Positions 40,660 to 54,399 of a stretch of DNA of 64,000 nt are shown here, one piece after another (position 1 is the first letter of the stretch; the number at the start of each line of letters is the position of its first letter). Both the position numbers and the translations under genes were made by a program. The notes beneath the pieces were generated by a model. The model was not told the DNA's origin, searched no databases, and saw only the letters and a list, made by a program, of their open reading frames with translations. Source of the DNA: Octopus vulgaris (Eukaryota); contig OX597820.1 in assembly GCA_951406725.2 (NCBI GenBank), forward strand, positions 113,460,001-113,524,000. Direction: 5' to 3'.

Positions 40660-41870
40660 CGTGATCTATTTCAGCAATATCTGGTTGATATGTATGCTAA
40701 AATTGAGAGTGAGTGTCTCCTCTACATCCATAACAATCAAAAAATGTTAAGAGATAAAAATTATTTTCATCTCCAAGATTCTCTGAGGACAGATGGTGAT
40801 ATTCAAAACACGGAGCATTTATCCTCCCATCATCATTCACAGGTGGTCCTTGATATATGCACGAGCGAACACAAGATGCTGTGTCATATGTCAGGACATA
40901 GGGAAAACCAGATCTTTCTGTTACTCATCTACAATCCTAAATGGGAGGAAACAAAGTTTAACCTTCTTTCAATGTTGCATCTTCTGATATTGCAGCTACC
41001 CTCTTCAATGGGGGAAGAACTGCTCATTCCATGTTCAAGCTCCCTCTAAACTTTGCAATGAAAGAATCTCAAATGTGTAACATTTATCAAAACTCTGCAA
41101 TGGCAGCAGTTCCACAACAAACGTGCCTCATTGTTTGGGATGAGTACACTATGTCACACCGTGGAGTTCTAGAGGTACTTGACCATAGCCTCCAAGACAT
41201 AAAGAGCAATAGCACGCTCATGGGAGGAGTAACAGTTCTTCTGGCAGATCTTCGTCAAACGTTGCCAGTTATCCCTAAAGGATCAAAAGCTGATGAGGTC
41301 AATGCATGCTTACAAAAATCGTACTTTTGGAGACATGTGAAAAAACTTCATCTTGTAAGCAGCATGAGAGTACTTCTACAAGGTGACCATACGAGATTCT
41401 TAAGCTTGGTAATGGGATATTAACATTCAACTCAAGACTTCAGCTACATGAAATTACATGCGATCAAATGATACTTTCTCTTAGGGATCTTATGAATAAA
41501 GTATTTCCTAATTTATCTGTCAATCACACTGATGTAAACTGATTATGTGGAAGAGTCACACTGGCTCCAACTAATGAAATGGTTGGTAAACTCAATCATG
41601 AACTTCTTCAAAAGTCAACAGATGCATCAGAAATTACTTTTCGATCCATTGACAACAGTCGGGGAAGATCAGGTTGTTCAATACCTTGTTGAATTTCTGA
41701 ACACACTTAAACCCACTGGAATGCCACCGCATAACTAGGTGCTCCCATTATGTTGCTAAGAAATCTTGATCCCTCTCATCTGTGTAATGGAACTCGCTTG
41801 TTACTTCCATGAAGCCCCATGTCCTACAGGCAACAATCATAACAGGTATTCATAAAGGAGAAAATAGTCT
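40660..41870 (+). pseudogene. Helitron Rep/PIF1-helicase remnant with internal deletions
   Basis: FQQYLVDMYAKIESE, IVWDE..M, GGVTVLL.DLRQTLPVI, LNTL.PTGMPPH, MLLRNLDP..LCNGTRL. Confidence 0.9.
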
Positions 41871-42566
41871 GTGAGAACGACTATTTCCCTCCCCTCAAAA
41901 CTGGTGGACTTATGCCAAAATTTGAGGTTTTAAAGCAATTTGTCGAATTTCTAGTGAAACAGGATAGTGTTGTAAGAATATATGTGTGTATATACAAATA
42001 CATATAAAGTATTATATCCAAATATTTTACAAATATAATTTCATAAAATAACTCAATAAATATTATAATAGCATTCATATTCACCAACGTAATTCTATCA
42101 CAACTTTCTCATATTTGTTTTATATTTTTATTCATTTTTATTCTTTATTGTCATTTGTTATTTTACATACGTTCGTTTTTCTTTTTTCAGATTTACAGTA
42201 TGTATTCTGTTATACATATTTTATTAGATGGCTCATTAGATATTTAATTATATTAGATTAAAACTTATTCATCTTTATTGGTTTCTTTGATTCCTTCTAT
42301 TCCTTGATAGTTGCAACTCGTCCATTCATTTCCTTTATTCTTAGACATCTATCATTTCTATAGATTATACATAAATTTTAAATGTTACACATTATATACC
42401 ATATTATATATGTTAATTACGTATTCTAATGTATATTATATATTGGTTTGTTATTTATTATATTTGAAAATATTTAAATTTATTCGGTTTATTTCATGTC
42501 AAAGTCATTATTTCCATTTCTCTTAGATGTATATATTTATATGTAGATTTGTCGGTTTGGATGTAG

Positions 42567-42641
<75 letters not shown>

Positions 42642-42864
42642 CGCGCGTGTGTGTATGTGTGTGTGTGTGTGTGTGTGTGCATGTTTGTGTGTATGAGAGA
42701 GAAAGAGCGTGCGGCGCGCGTGTGTGTGTGTATGTGCGTGTATGTGTGTGTTTATATAGGGGTTAGCACAGTTATACGGTTCACAGTAGACGCGGCGTTC
42801 AAATCTCATAGGAGTAATGTTACAATGTATTTCCTTCTTAAATGTAAGTATGTGAAGAGAGAGA

Positions 42865-42899
<35 letters not shown>

Positions 42900-42939
42900 A
42901 AGAGAGAGAGAGAGAGAGAGAGAGAACGGAAAGGCACGC

Positions 42940-43980
42940 GAGGTATTTGAGGACATATTTGGTAATTTAATGAAACAGCTCTGATCTTGCAATAACCAAA
43001 TGTATTTTCATAAATATTTCTGCACATGTTCTCAATAAACTTTCTTAAAAGATTATTTTCTGATCCACCTTTTGTTTCGATGACTATTTCAGTGCGAACC
43101 CAGAGTCATCGACATGCCTGCACTAAATTGTCTGTATTTAATTCGGACATCACCTCTAGACATTGGCTGCCTTCAGTGAAGCTATGGCGTTGTGAGAATG
43201 TCGTTTAGTCTCCCTTTCAACAATATTCCAAACGAAGTAGTCCATGAGGTTTAAATCTGTCGAGTTTGGAGGCCACAAGTTTAGTGTTACATGATAATGA
43301 AAATTGTCTAACACCAATTCATGGGTTGTGTGGTCTTTGTGAGAGTGGTCAGTCTTGTTGAATTACCCAGGGCCTGTCGCTGTGTACTTCATCCACCTAG
43401 AACTTAACTCTCTCTAGCGCCTCAACGTGCCTAGCAGCATTAATCCTAAGACCATGTGGAAAGATGTGAAATGGCATAACCTTACCTTTGTTACTCACTA
43501 TTTTTAAAACCGCCACAGTCGCCGGAACTTATTGTGCATCACTCTTGGAACATCAGATAATTCTGCATGTAACCATCTATCATTTCTTCTGTTAGACTTT
43601 TGTCCTGGGTCGAAGGTTTCTTCATCAAGAAAAAAAAAGCATGCAGAGAGTTTGTCCCGGTACTATTTGAATGTTATGGGGTCTTTTACTTTTTGGATTT
43701 CTTTCGGGATAATGTTAGACAAAACAGGACCAGTTGAGATTAAAAAAGAAATATGTCGTAATGTTGTTATGTAGTTTAAGGTCAAACCTTGGGTACCTTG
43801 TGACCTTGATAACAACGTCGTTTGTACACCATTGCTGGAATAATTTCCACATTCTACGAGTAATATTGTGCTTACAGCGGTGCTGGAAGGAATAACGTTT
43901 GAGCTTTTAAGGCGACCCCACTAATCATGTCCTGTCATACCATATGTTTTCTCTGACCGATCTCTGCAGTGCTTCAATTC
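42940..43980 (-). pseudogene. Decayed IS630-Tc1-mariner transposase
   Basis: WPPNSTDLNLMDYFVWNIVE on the minus strand at ~43215-43275; ends approximate. Confidence 0.7.
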
Positions 43981-44007
43981 TCATAATGTTTTATTTTGCA
44001 TAGGAAA

Positions 44008-44261
44008 GTTATTCTCAACCGGGGTCCATATGGCTCTTGCGGGTGAATATGGGATTTTGTTGCTAAAATTTATGAGCAATAAATTGCTTCTCCTTATGCA
44101 ATATGCAAAAGATTTTAACATTTGTGTACAATTTCTAATAATATTTAATTATAAAAATACAATAGGATTTTATTTAAACATTGAATGGCCATAAGGGTCC
44201 ATCCGAGGAAAATAGGAGTCAAAGGAGTCCAAAGGCAAAAAAAATGGTTGCGAATCACTGG
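44008..44261. mobile_element. hAT-like MITE (same family as 16418-16660)
   Basis: ttctcaaccggggtcc ... ggttgcgaatcactg. Confidence 0.65.
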
Positions 44262-46479
44262 TATAGGGAGACCAATGTGATGCCTGGTAAACGTTGAAAA
44301 GCAAAGAATGATGGTATCAGGATCTCTGGACTGAGAAGTTCTAAGGATAAATAAGCACATTCTGCCTATCATATCGACTTTATTGTTGCTGTGTGCATTT
44401 CAGCTGAAGTTTCTATTTGGCGCCACGAGAAGGGAATAGGATGTAGCTGTTTAGGTATATTTTGTTCTTCCAGGTAGAAGAATTCAATTTTATTCTCGTT
44501 TAAAACTGAAAGGCAGGGGAAAGAGAAAACCAATTTGTGATACCAAAACAAGGCGTCAGTCTGCGTGGCAGACCTTGGGAAGATTTCTACCTCTCCTCAA
44601 TTCATTTTTCTGTTATATTTTCTTCTCTTTGATAAAGGGTACCACCAGAAACATCCGATTCACTTCTCTGTCTTCCTTTCATGAATTAAGCTTTATGGTA
44701 ACTCTTTTGTTTGTTGCTTTTTTGCTTTGTATTTCTACGCTTTCGGGCACATGCTTCTGTTTGTTTGACTCCGTGTCGTATTTTTAGTATTATGTTTTCT
44801 TTGTTTCTTCTATGCCTCAAATTTTACTCATCATATTTGTATAATGTTTATCTATTTACATCTTTACGCTCACGCAGGAATCATTTGCCGCTACATCACG
44901 GATTGACCAAAACATCTACGATCATGTGTACAGCAACGTATTAAATATGACTGTACATGCATATATTTTATCATTACTGCTTTCTGCGACTCAATCTTAG
45001 AAAGGCTGTGCGTACATCAGCAAATGTACTTTTGTTGTTCTTATATTTAAGAACAACAGTTCTCATGGGACTCTGAACAACAGAACTGGTTTCGTAACTG
45101 ATGAAGCGTAACGACACAGAAACACATGTATCCCATGATCCGATAACGTCATTCATAGCCACATGTATTTTCACACATTGTCTAAGACGATAATTTTCTC
45201 CTGAGACTATTTCCCCAATGAAATATCTTCATAGAGCCGAGTGTACACGAACGTATTGACTATAATTAGACACGCATATATATCTATAGATAGAAAAGCA
45301 GACAAACAGGTAGATAGATAGATACATACATACATACGTACGTACGTACGTAGATAGATAGATAGACAGACAGAAGACAGACAGATAGATAGATGGACAA
45401 ATAGATAGCTAGAGTGATGGATGGATGGATGGATGGATGGATGGATGGGTGGATGGGTAGGTAGGTAGACAGATAGACACCTATATATAGATACATACAT
45501 ACATACATACATACATACATACATACATACATACATACATACATACATACATACATACATACATACATACACACACAATGGGATATGGTTTGGAATGTGT
45601 GAATATATGTAAAAATAAGATTACTTCCAAATGTTTCATCAGACGATTGTGAGTTTACCGACATTCAGGACTTTAGGTCGTTGATAAACTTTAAAATACG
45701 GCTCAATCCAACATTTACTACTATTTTATTAACGAGCATTTGTTGCCATTCTTTTTTCTTTTCTTCTATTTTGTTTGTTTTTCATTCTGTTTATTTATTT
45801 TATTACTAATTTTCAATTTTCTCTCAGTGTACTTTTTAAATTCCATAGAGACTTCATTATCTGAGGAAGTGGAGAGGAAATTGATAATAATTTCTATGAC
45901 ACATTAGAATAATTAAAAGCAACGAAAAAATCTACATATAAATTAATGTAAATTTATAATGAAAAAGATCGATAGTTGTGTACACAAGGATTATACATTC
46001 TCAAACTCTATTGATGAAATAGCCTGGCATGATGCTTAACGGTTACCAAAGAACTTTGTATCCTTTATGGGAATATATTTCAATAAAATTATATTAATTA
46101 TGAATGAGATCTTTATGGAAAAGCAGTCTCGCTTTTCTGTGCTGGTCAAGCCTATCTATTTGATATTATCTTTGTTTATCTGTATGAGTGTGTGTGTGTG
46201 TGTATGTGTGTGTGTGTGTGTGTGAATGTATGTGCGTTGGCTTCGCACACGCACGCACACGCACACACACACACACATTCACACATACTCATACATACAA
46301 ACATACACACACACGTATATACACACACACGTATACACATATACGCACATACGCGCGCACACACACATATATATGCTCGTACCAGACCAGAAGTGTAATT
46401 GATTTTATCGACTGATATCTGAAAGAGTGGGTAGTTAGTCCAGTGTTGTTTTAATCCTGACATCAACTGGAAACTTATA

Positions 46480-47330
46480 CAGAAACAATGGTATCGACAG
46501 GCTACCTAAAATGAGATGATGGAGGTGGAGGCTTAAGATCAGTGCAGACAGAAATCCAATGTCATGCAGTCTCTCTCAGAGAACACTTGCTAAACAGCAG
46601 CAGCAAAAATAAACACATAAACTTAGTGCTGGAAAGTGAGGGGAACAATATCTTACGTGCCTGCATTGAACTCTAAAAGAAGTACTCTCTTCCTGGTGAC
46701 CTACCATGCAACCTCCAAAACAGCTGGACTAACATACTTTAAAAAACACCTGGATGTGAAACACTCAGCATACCAAAAACATTCCGAAGACTTGAAGAAG
46801 ACAGTAATGTCGATATGAAGTGCAGCCTTTCTTAGACTCGTAACCACTACATCACACTTCGAAGGTTATGCATTTGCATTCCAATAACACGATATTACTA
46901 TGAAATACCTACTAAACAAAAGAGACCACTTGGAGCTCCAAGACACAACCGAAAATGTAGATGATTATATCATATTTCTGTGGAAGATATCACACAAGCG
47001 ATTACCAGCTGCCTACGAATGTCTTCATGGTACGACCTCATTCTGCGACACGATGTCGCTAAAAAATTATACAATGCTATTCGAAAAAGAATGTTCTGGA
47101 ATGAATATAGAGAACTCCTATCCTTGTTACTGAATACATACACAAGCAACCACACAAGGAATATTGGGGGAACATTCTCATCAAAACTTTTATCCTGTGT
47201 AAACAGGCCGGATATTGTTGACTGGACAGACAAGAAAAAGTATGCACCGTCGTAAAGGTCAGCTGCCCTCTTGGTGTGAATATCTTTTTGAAAATCAAAG
47301 AGTGACCCGAAACAACATGGCTGCAAAGCG
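46480..47330 (+). pseudogene. RLE-type (R4/Dong/NeSL-like) non-LTR retrotransposon C-terminal remnant
   Basis: IDRL..GGGL, EDITQAITSC...LRHD (knuckle plus RHD), NRPDIV. Confidence 0.65.
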
Positions 47331-47890
47331 AGCTTCTTAACAACTTTTTTCCGCTGGTTCATTGGACTGATGGTGCTACAGTGAAACAGCTCTTATCTAT
47401 TTATATTCATTACACTTAACAACATACGTTAACGATTATATCTTCGATATCCTTCTGAAGTTTCATTTATGAATACTTCCCCTTTTTAAATGCTTCTCTT
47501 TCAACTTCTTTTGCTTTTTCAATACAAACATAAACCAACAGCAAGAACGCGATCGACCAGCAACTTCTTTTAATTAACAAAAATTTCTCCAAATGAGTTT
47601 AATTTTAAATTCATTCGACATCAGTTTTTTTTAGTTAAACTGTTGAAGGACAATATTTGACAATACTTTAGCCCATATTTCCGACATCTAACTCTACGGT
47701 TTTCCGTTTTATTATTCTATTTGATTATTTTAAAAATTAATACTGACGTTTAATAAATTAAATTATTTAAAGAATAGAAGCGTTTAGTAATTAAACTATC
47801 TACATTATCAATCAAATCTTAATATCCTTTCATACTTAAATTTGATAACATTAAATCGACAGGACCTATATTGACCAACACTCTGATGAT

Positions 47891-48147
47891 GGAGGCACGT
47901 GTCTTAGTAGTTAGGGTGTTGCACTCATGCTCGCAAGATTGTGGTTTCGATTCCGAGACCAGGCAACGTGTTGTATTCTTGATCAAAACACTTCATTTCA
48001 TGTTGCGCCAGTCCACTCAGCTAGCAAAAATGAGTAATCCTGCGACGGACCGGCATCTCGTCCCGGTGGGATGTATGTACGCCATGAAACCGGGAAACCG
48101 CCCTTAAGAGTCGGCATGCCTCGAGAAGATAACTTTACTTACTAATA
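47891..48147 (+). mobile_element. Family C SINE with 14 bp TSD
   Basis: TSD aacactctgatgat at 47877-47890 and 48148-48161; B box ggtttcgattcc. Confidence 0.88.
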
Positions 48148-48298
48148 AACACTCTGATGATAGTCATAGAAACCTATTAAAGCTTATGATAATGTATTCA
48201 TAAAAATGGGGAGAGTTTATGAAAAGTACAAAAGACGAAGACAGGTGGTGTACAAAACAAACAGATGTATTAGTATAACGCTCAGGAATAGAAAAAGT

Positions 48299-48334
48299 AT
48301 TTTACGTTTCGAGCATATGCTCTTCTACAGAAAG
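48299..48334 (-). ncRNA. Non-canonical hammerhead-like motif
   Basis: cttt-CTGTAGAA-gagc/gctc-GAAA-cg-TA-aaat. Confidence 0.45.
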
Positions 48335-49248
48335 GGACACAGAAAAAACAAGGAGAGAAAAAAACTCTTTACGGATTCTCGTTTGGACATTTACCCTACG
48401 GCTGCACCTCTCCTACCTACGGATCACTGTGGAATCTACTCTTGATGAGAAATCCTATTCATAAAAATCCCTTATATATTCATAAAAATACATTTTGATA
48501 TAAATATTGCTTCCGTCGCTAATAATTAATTTTTGATAAGTCAACTGGCTATTCATGTCATCAATTTCTGAAAAGATGCTAATATTCTATATATCGTAGC
48601 GGGGAGATTTGATTGGCCTTCAATGACCGAGCGCTTCCCACTCATGATTCCCAGAAAAATGAAATTACGTGATATGGGAGTTCCAGTACCCCTGACAGAC
48701 AATTCTCGTCTGCAACAGTCTATGCGTGTGTTTTTATGCCCCACGAGCCTATATAAGACGATCTCTCAAGATTAATAGCGTTCTAACATGACATCCATGT
48801 TAAGTTGGATATAAAGATTACTTTTCGGTATTAAAACAGATTCCACTGCGAATAATTAATTCATAAAAATATTTGAAAGATTTACTTGCAATTATCTTTC
48901 TCCATAAATTTTTTTATATCATAATATATTTGTCATTACAGCTAGTTCTCACTCGCCTTTTTCATGTTTGCTAGTGTGATAACAACTTCATTTGAATTTC
49001 GGAATTGTTAATATTGCCTTTGACAAGAATTATCTCCAACACTGATGATGCCATAGAAGTGTTCCAAACCTCATTTATCAGCGCATGCCAGAACAATCCC
49101 TCTAAAAAGCACACATGACTCACCGTTCCATTCTCCCTCCTTTTCACAAAGATCGAAATATTGAAATATTTATAACTATAGTTTTGTGGCTTTCACAAAG
49201 ACATATATTTACCGTTCATAATACTTCAAATAACATAGCTTTTATCTA

Positions 49249-49285
<37 letters not shown>

Positions 49286-49673
49286 CATGTGTGTGAGTGT
49301 ACGAAACGTATGTCAGTATACAGCATTATTTCCTCATTCCTAAGCGATCTGCTTGACATCAACCGAACTGATCAGCTAATCATATGCTGGCTGTTTTCAG
49401 GCAGAGACAGACATTGCATAAACCGGCTTCAATGAATTCAGTCTATACGCAAACTAAAGAGAATATACAAGATTTTATTAAAATTAAACATCTAACGTTT
49501 TTATTGTATCAGCTATAGGAATTCGAAAAGTATTAGCTCTGCTTCGCCGTTGGAATCTAATACGTTTTTACTAGATGGATTAAAAAGGCAAAAAACATAT
49601 CATTCAGTTATACACTCACTATACATACTCGTATCTACACTTATATGAATTCAATAGTTTTGTGTGTGTGTGT

Positions 49674-49713
<40 letters not shown>

Positions 49714-49844
49714 TTTGTTTTTGCTTGAAATAACTTTTGTTTGATATTCTGCATAGTACATTGTATTTTTGTTTTAAAAATGTTTGAAAATGTGTGTGTG
49801 TGTGCGTGCGAGTGTTTCTATACAAGTGTGTATGTGTGTATGTG

Positions 49845-49878
<34 letters not shown>

Positions 49879-50659
49879 AATACATGTGTGTAAATATATA
49901 CATCTGTGTATGGGTATGTGTGCGTGTGGGAGGGGAGAGTGAGAGAACGAATGTGTGTGTGTGTGTGCGTGTGTGCCCATGTATGTATGCATGTATGTAT
50001 GCGTATCCATTCTCCCTTTCTTAGAGAGAGAATATGAAAGTCTAAGAAAAATTGGTGGGGATAGATAAAATGAGTGGGTAAAAAGAATAAGAGAGAAAAG
50101 TGTGTGTGAAAAAGAGAGAGGGAGAAGAGGAAGCCAAGGAGAGAAGGGGGGTAGTTTAATAATATGATATCTCGAAGCAGATGCACTCAACAACAGGTAA
50201 ACCGGTTCTATGGAATTTTGTCTTTTATTTCTCGTCCATTCTATAAACGCAGCAATATCATACAAATATCATTGCCGTATTTCCAACTCAATAGTTAAAA
50301 GTTTAATTTACAATACAGATCCTCTACCTCAATATACTTTGATTATCCACGTAACTAATGGAGAATATAAAATGAACGGTGAATGGTAGCAGGTTTTTTT
50401 TAATTATATTTCTTCACAATTCATGGTTTTTTTAATTGTTTATGAAGGTCGTTGAGTGGCAAAGCTAGTAGAGTGGTGCATTAAATATTGTGTAATACAT
50501 TGCGACGTCCCTTTTCTTAGTTTCTGGGTTCAAATATTCCTTAAGTTTATGCAAGAAATTGAGGCAACAGTATCTTTCCACTAGTTTTGTACCTCTAATA
50601 AATCATCATTATTATTATTATTATTAGTAGTAGTAGTAGTAGTAGTAGTAGTATTATTG

Positions 50660-50938
50660 GGGTGGCGAGCTGGCAGAAACGTTACCACGCCGGGTGAAAT
50701 GCGTAGTCGTATTTAGTCTGCCGTTACGTTCTGAGTTCAAATTCCGCCGAGGTCGACTTTGCCTTTCATCCTTTCGGGGTCGATAAATTAAGTGCCAGTT
50801 ACGCACTGGGGTCGATATAATCGACTTAATCCGTTTGTCTGTCCTTGTTTGTCTCTGTGTTTAGCCCCTTGTGGGTAGTAAAGAAATAGAAATAGGTATT
50901 TCGTCTGCCACTACGTTCTGAGTTCAGATTCCGCCGAG
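50660..50938 (+). mobile_element. Family B SINE (head, one unit, start of a second unit)
   Basis: tatttcgtctgcc..acgttctgagttca repeated about 190 bp apart. Confidence 0.9.
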
Positions 50939-50940
50939 GC

Positions 50941-51085
50941 TATCAAGACCAAACGCCCAGGAAAACTGAAGAAGGAGTTTTGTTCCATCAGGACAATGCT
51001 CCAGTACGCAAGTCCTTGGTGTCAATTTGGTCACATTCCATGAGAGTGTCTTGGTCAGCCTAAGAATTTTTCAGCCGACCCTCCT
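50941..51085 (+). mobile_element. Mariner fragment
   Basis: IKTKRPGKL..HQDNAP, then TIR-like aatttttcagccgaccctc. Confidence 0.6.
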
Positions 51086-51748
51086 ATGCATAACTTGCTG
51101 CTCCTATTAGGAGTATTTGTTTTTGCAATCTCTGTTTAAGTATGTTAGTCCTGTCAGCAGCCTGGCTCATATGAACAACTATACACACAAAGCACCCCAC
51201 CGAGAGTTCTTAACCTAACCTCGTATTATCACAGTCACTGTGTTGTATTCGTTCCTCTCTTTACTGTTTAATAGATATTCAAGGCCTTATGTAATACCAA
51301 TTTTTATACGATAGTGAAGTTTTTTAATTACCGCTTGCAGTCCCTGTTTAAGAGCAATTAAATTTCCTGTTTGTGTCTCTTATCGGCAATTTCCAGAGAC
51401 CTTAGATAATCTATCAAACATTTGTAACTAGTGGTTAGTGAATTTATTATTCACGTTGCACTTAATGAGTGTCTAATTGTCTAGTAAGTTTTCTGACTCG
51501 GTTGACGCTGTTGTCTGAAGAGAAGTCGTTTTATTTATTTATTTATTTATTTATTTTGTCATCACGATCGATTTCTGTAACCCCCGTCTGCTGTTGAATG
51601 CAAATCGTAGCTCAATAGAGTGGAACTCTCAATGTCCAATAAATAAATGATTTGTGGATTTTTATTTCATGGTTTTATCTGAAATATTGAATAAAACGTG
51701 ATTTCTTTCACATGCGTTATAATAAACCATTAGGCAAATCATGGTTAT

Positions 51749-51886
51749 GCGGCGAGCTGGCAGAAGCGTTAGCACGCCGGGCGAAATGCGTAGCCATATT
51801 TCGTCTGCCGTTACGTTCTGAGTTCAAATTCCGCCGAGGTCGACTTTGCCTTTCATCCTTTCGGGGTCGTTAAATTAAGTACCAGT
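51749..51886 (+). mobile_element. Family B SINE head
   Basis: Homology to 50660. Confidence 0.88.
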
Positions 51887-52214
51887 AAAATAACTTGGTT
51901 ATTATTATTTTACTAAATTCTTCACTATTGTCAGCAATAATAAATCAGAAGCAGTGTATTCCTGTAAAAATATGGTAACAAAAAAAATTATTATTCCAAG
52001 AGGTTGCAGTTTAGAATGTCTATAAGTAATCACAATAAAGCTGATAGAAATAAAATTTCAAAATCCAAAGTAAACTTCATATCTTCAGAAAAGGTCCAAA
52101 CATTTTGAATTTATGATTTAAGTTTAAAACTGTTTGCCATTGAACTGGAAATTTGGAACATAGTATCCACAAAGCAACATCTAATATTCTCATTAACAAA
52201 TTAAAGCTTTCTGT

Positions 52215-52558
52215 TTGGTTGGTTGGTTGGTTGGTTGGCTGGTTGGTTGGTTGGTTGGTTGGTTGGTTGGTTGGTTGGTTGGTTGGTTGGTTGGCTGGTT
52301 GGTTGGTTGGTTGGTTGGTTGGTTGGTTGGCTGGTTGGTTGGTTGGCCGGTTGGTTGGTTGGTTGGTTGGTTGGTTGATTGGTTAGTTGGTTGGTTGGTT
52401 GGTTGGTTGATTGGCTGGTTGGTTGGTTGCTTAATTGGTTGGTGGGTTGGTGGCTTGGTTCGTTGGTTAGTTGGTTGGCTGGCTGGTTGGTTGGTTGGTT
52501 GGTTGGTTGGTTGTTTGGTTGGCTGGCTAGTAAGTTGGTTGTTTGGTTGCTTAGTTGG
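52215..52558. repeat. (TTGG)n microsatellite
   Basis: Direct reading. Confidence 0.97.
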
Positions 52559-52877
52559 TACCTATCATTCTTTCTAGTTATGGTCAGCTGTGGGATTCTT
52601 CGTGACAGCTTATTCTGCTCTTTGACAGCATGATTTTAAAATATTTTAATCCTGCTGGGTACCCACATACCTATGTCACTTAGTAAACTAGACAGAGTGG
52701 ACTGGTTTAGTCAACGACCACTCGACCATGTTCTAAATAGTGATTCTCAAAGTATATTTAGTGAGTCCCATGCACATTATTGGCAGGGATAGTGAGTCCC
52801 ATAAGAATTACTGATTGGTAAAAGATTGGTTTATTCATGCAGTATACCTAAATATGAGAAACTAGAGGAGCTTCCCA

Positions 52878-53150
<273 letters not shown>

Positions 53151-54399
53151 TCCTTTTCTTTCTCCGACAGACTTGCTTTGCAAATTCAGTACAGAAATCT
53201 CAGGAAATATACACCAATTATGTAGTATTATTCCATGTTACGGCTCTGTACCACCTATTGGTATTCCTTTACAGAAATGTGTAATGTGTCTACTCATTAT
53301 GTCTATGTACGGCGAAGTCCAGCGCCGTTAGCCATTTTATGATGTGGCTGCTTGTTGGAATTCTATTAATTGAAATTATTATATGATTCCATTAAATTCT
53401 TCGACAGTTCTACAATATCATCGGAAGTACATTCTTCTACTTACACACAGACTTTAGTAATTGAAGTCGGCTTTGATAAAAATATCGACTCATTGATTTT
53501 GAAAAGCATTTGCTACACTGCTGGGAATGAGATATGTTTGTGCGCATGACAGAAAAGAATACCGGTATAGCGCTACAAGCAATGGACACTATAATATCAG
53601 TAGCAAAATATATTTGATTACATATAGGTATACAAATTTAATTACAGCTAGTTTAATAGAAATTTGGGACCATAAATGACAGTAACAATAGAATTCCAGA
53701 CGAGAAAGTTCATCGGCCAGTAGTTTTTAACCATTTTACTTCTTTTTTTTTTCCGTCCTGAGATATTTCGACAAGCTTCTAACACTCTTTTTTCTTTGAT
53801 GACCTCTTCATTAATGTCTTCTCTGTTCTCACTGAAGTATTTCGTGAGCAACTACGATTGGCGGGAGTCTCACCACATGGCCACGGTAAATATATTATTA
53901 CTCACACGGGCGTGGAAAGTTTTCTGTTTCCTTGTCTCATTCATCTAAGACAGAGTCTCTTCATTTTATTTCTAGGATTTTGCAGAATGTTTACAGTTGT
54001 AGGAATGTGTAAATTTTCTTACCTGATGGTGAGGTCGTTGGAATATATCAGCTTTGACGAAACAGAAGATAAGAAATAAATTATCAGCTTCTTACTTTCA
54101 TAAACAGGTAAGTCTAGAAGAAAGTAACAACGTCGCAGATTAACTCAACCAGACTTAATCCTAATAGGCATAATCCGCTTCCCGGATTAGCACTACTACC
54201 TGACATCTTGGATGCCTTTAATATGGTCCACTCTGTTGCAAACATTTGGTCTAGATCTGCGGTTTGGTCTAGACCTCCGCTTCTTCCTTCCATCCAGTCC
54301 CCTGTGAAGGGACATAGGCACTGATTTCCCTGTTGATTTAGAGTTTATTAAAGAAAACTCAACCAACGCTAAAGAATCTTAAGCAACTCTCCGTCATAA

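Noticed and set aside
44630-44665. TTGATAA...GAAA possible third U3-A8 motif
   Set aside because: Stems too weak to support
45098-45130. CTGATGA...GAAA-cacatg-TA
   Set aside because: Stems I and II do not pair convincingly
48152-48180. CTGATGA-tagtcata-GAAA
   Set aside because: Only a 2 bp stem; overlaps a SINE TSD
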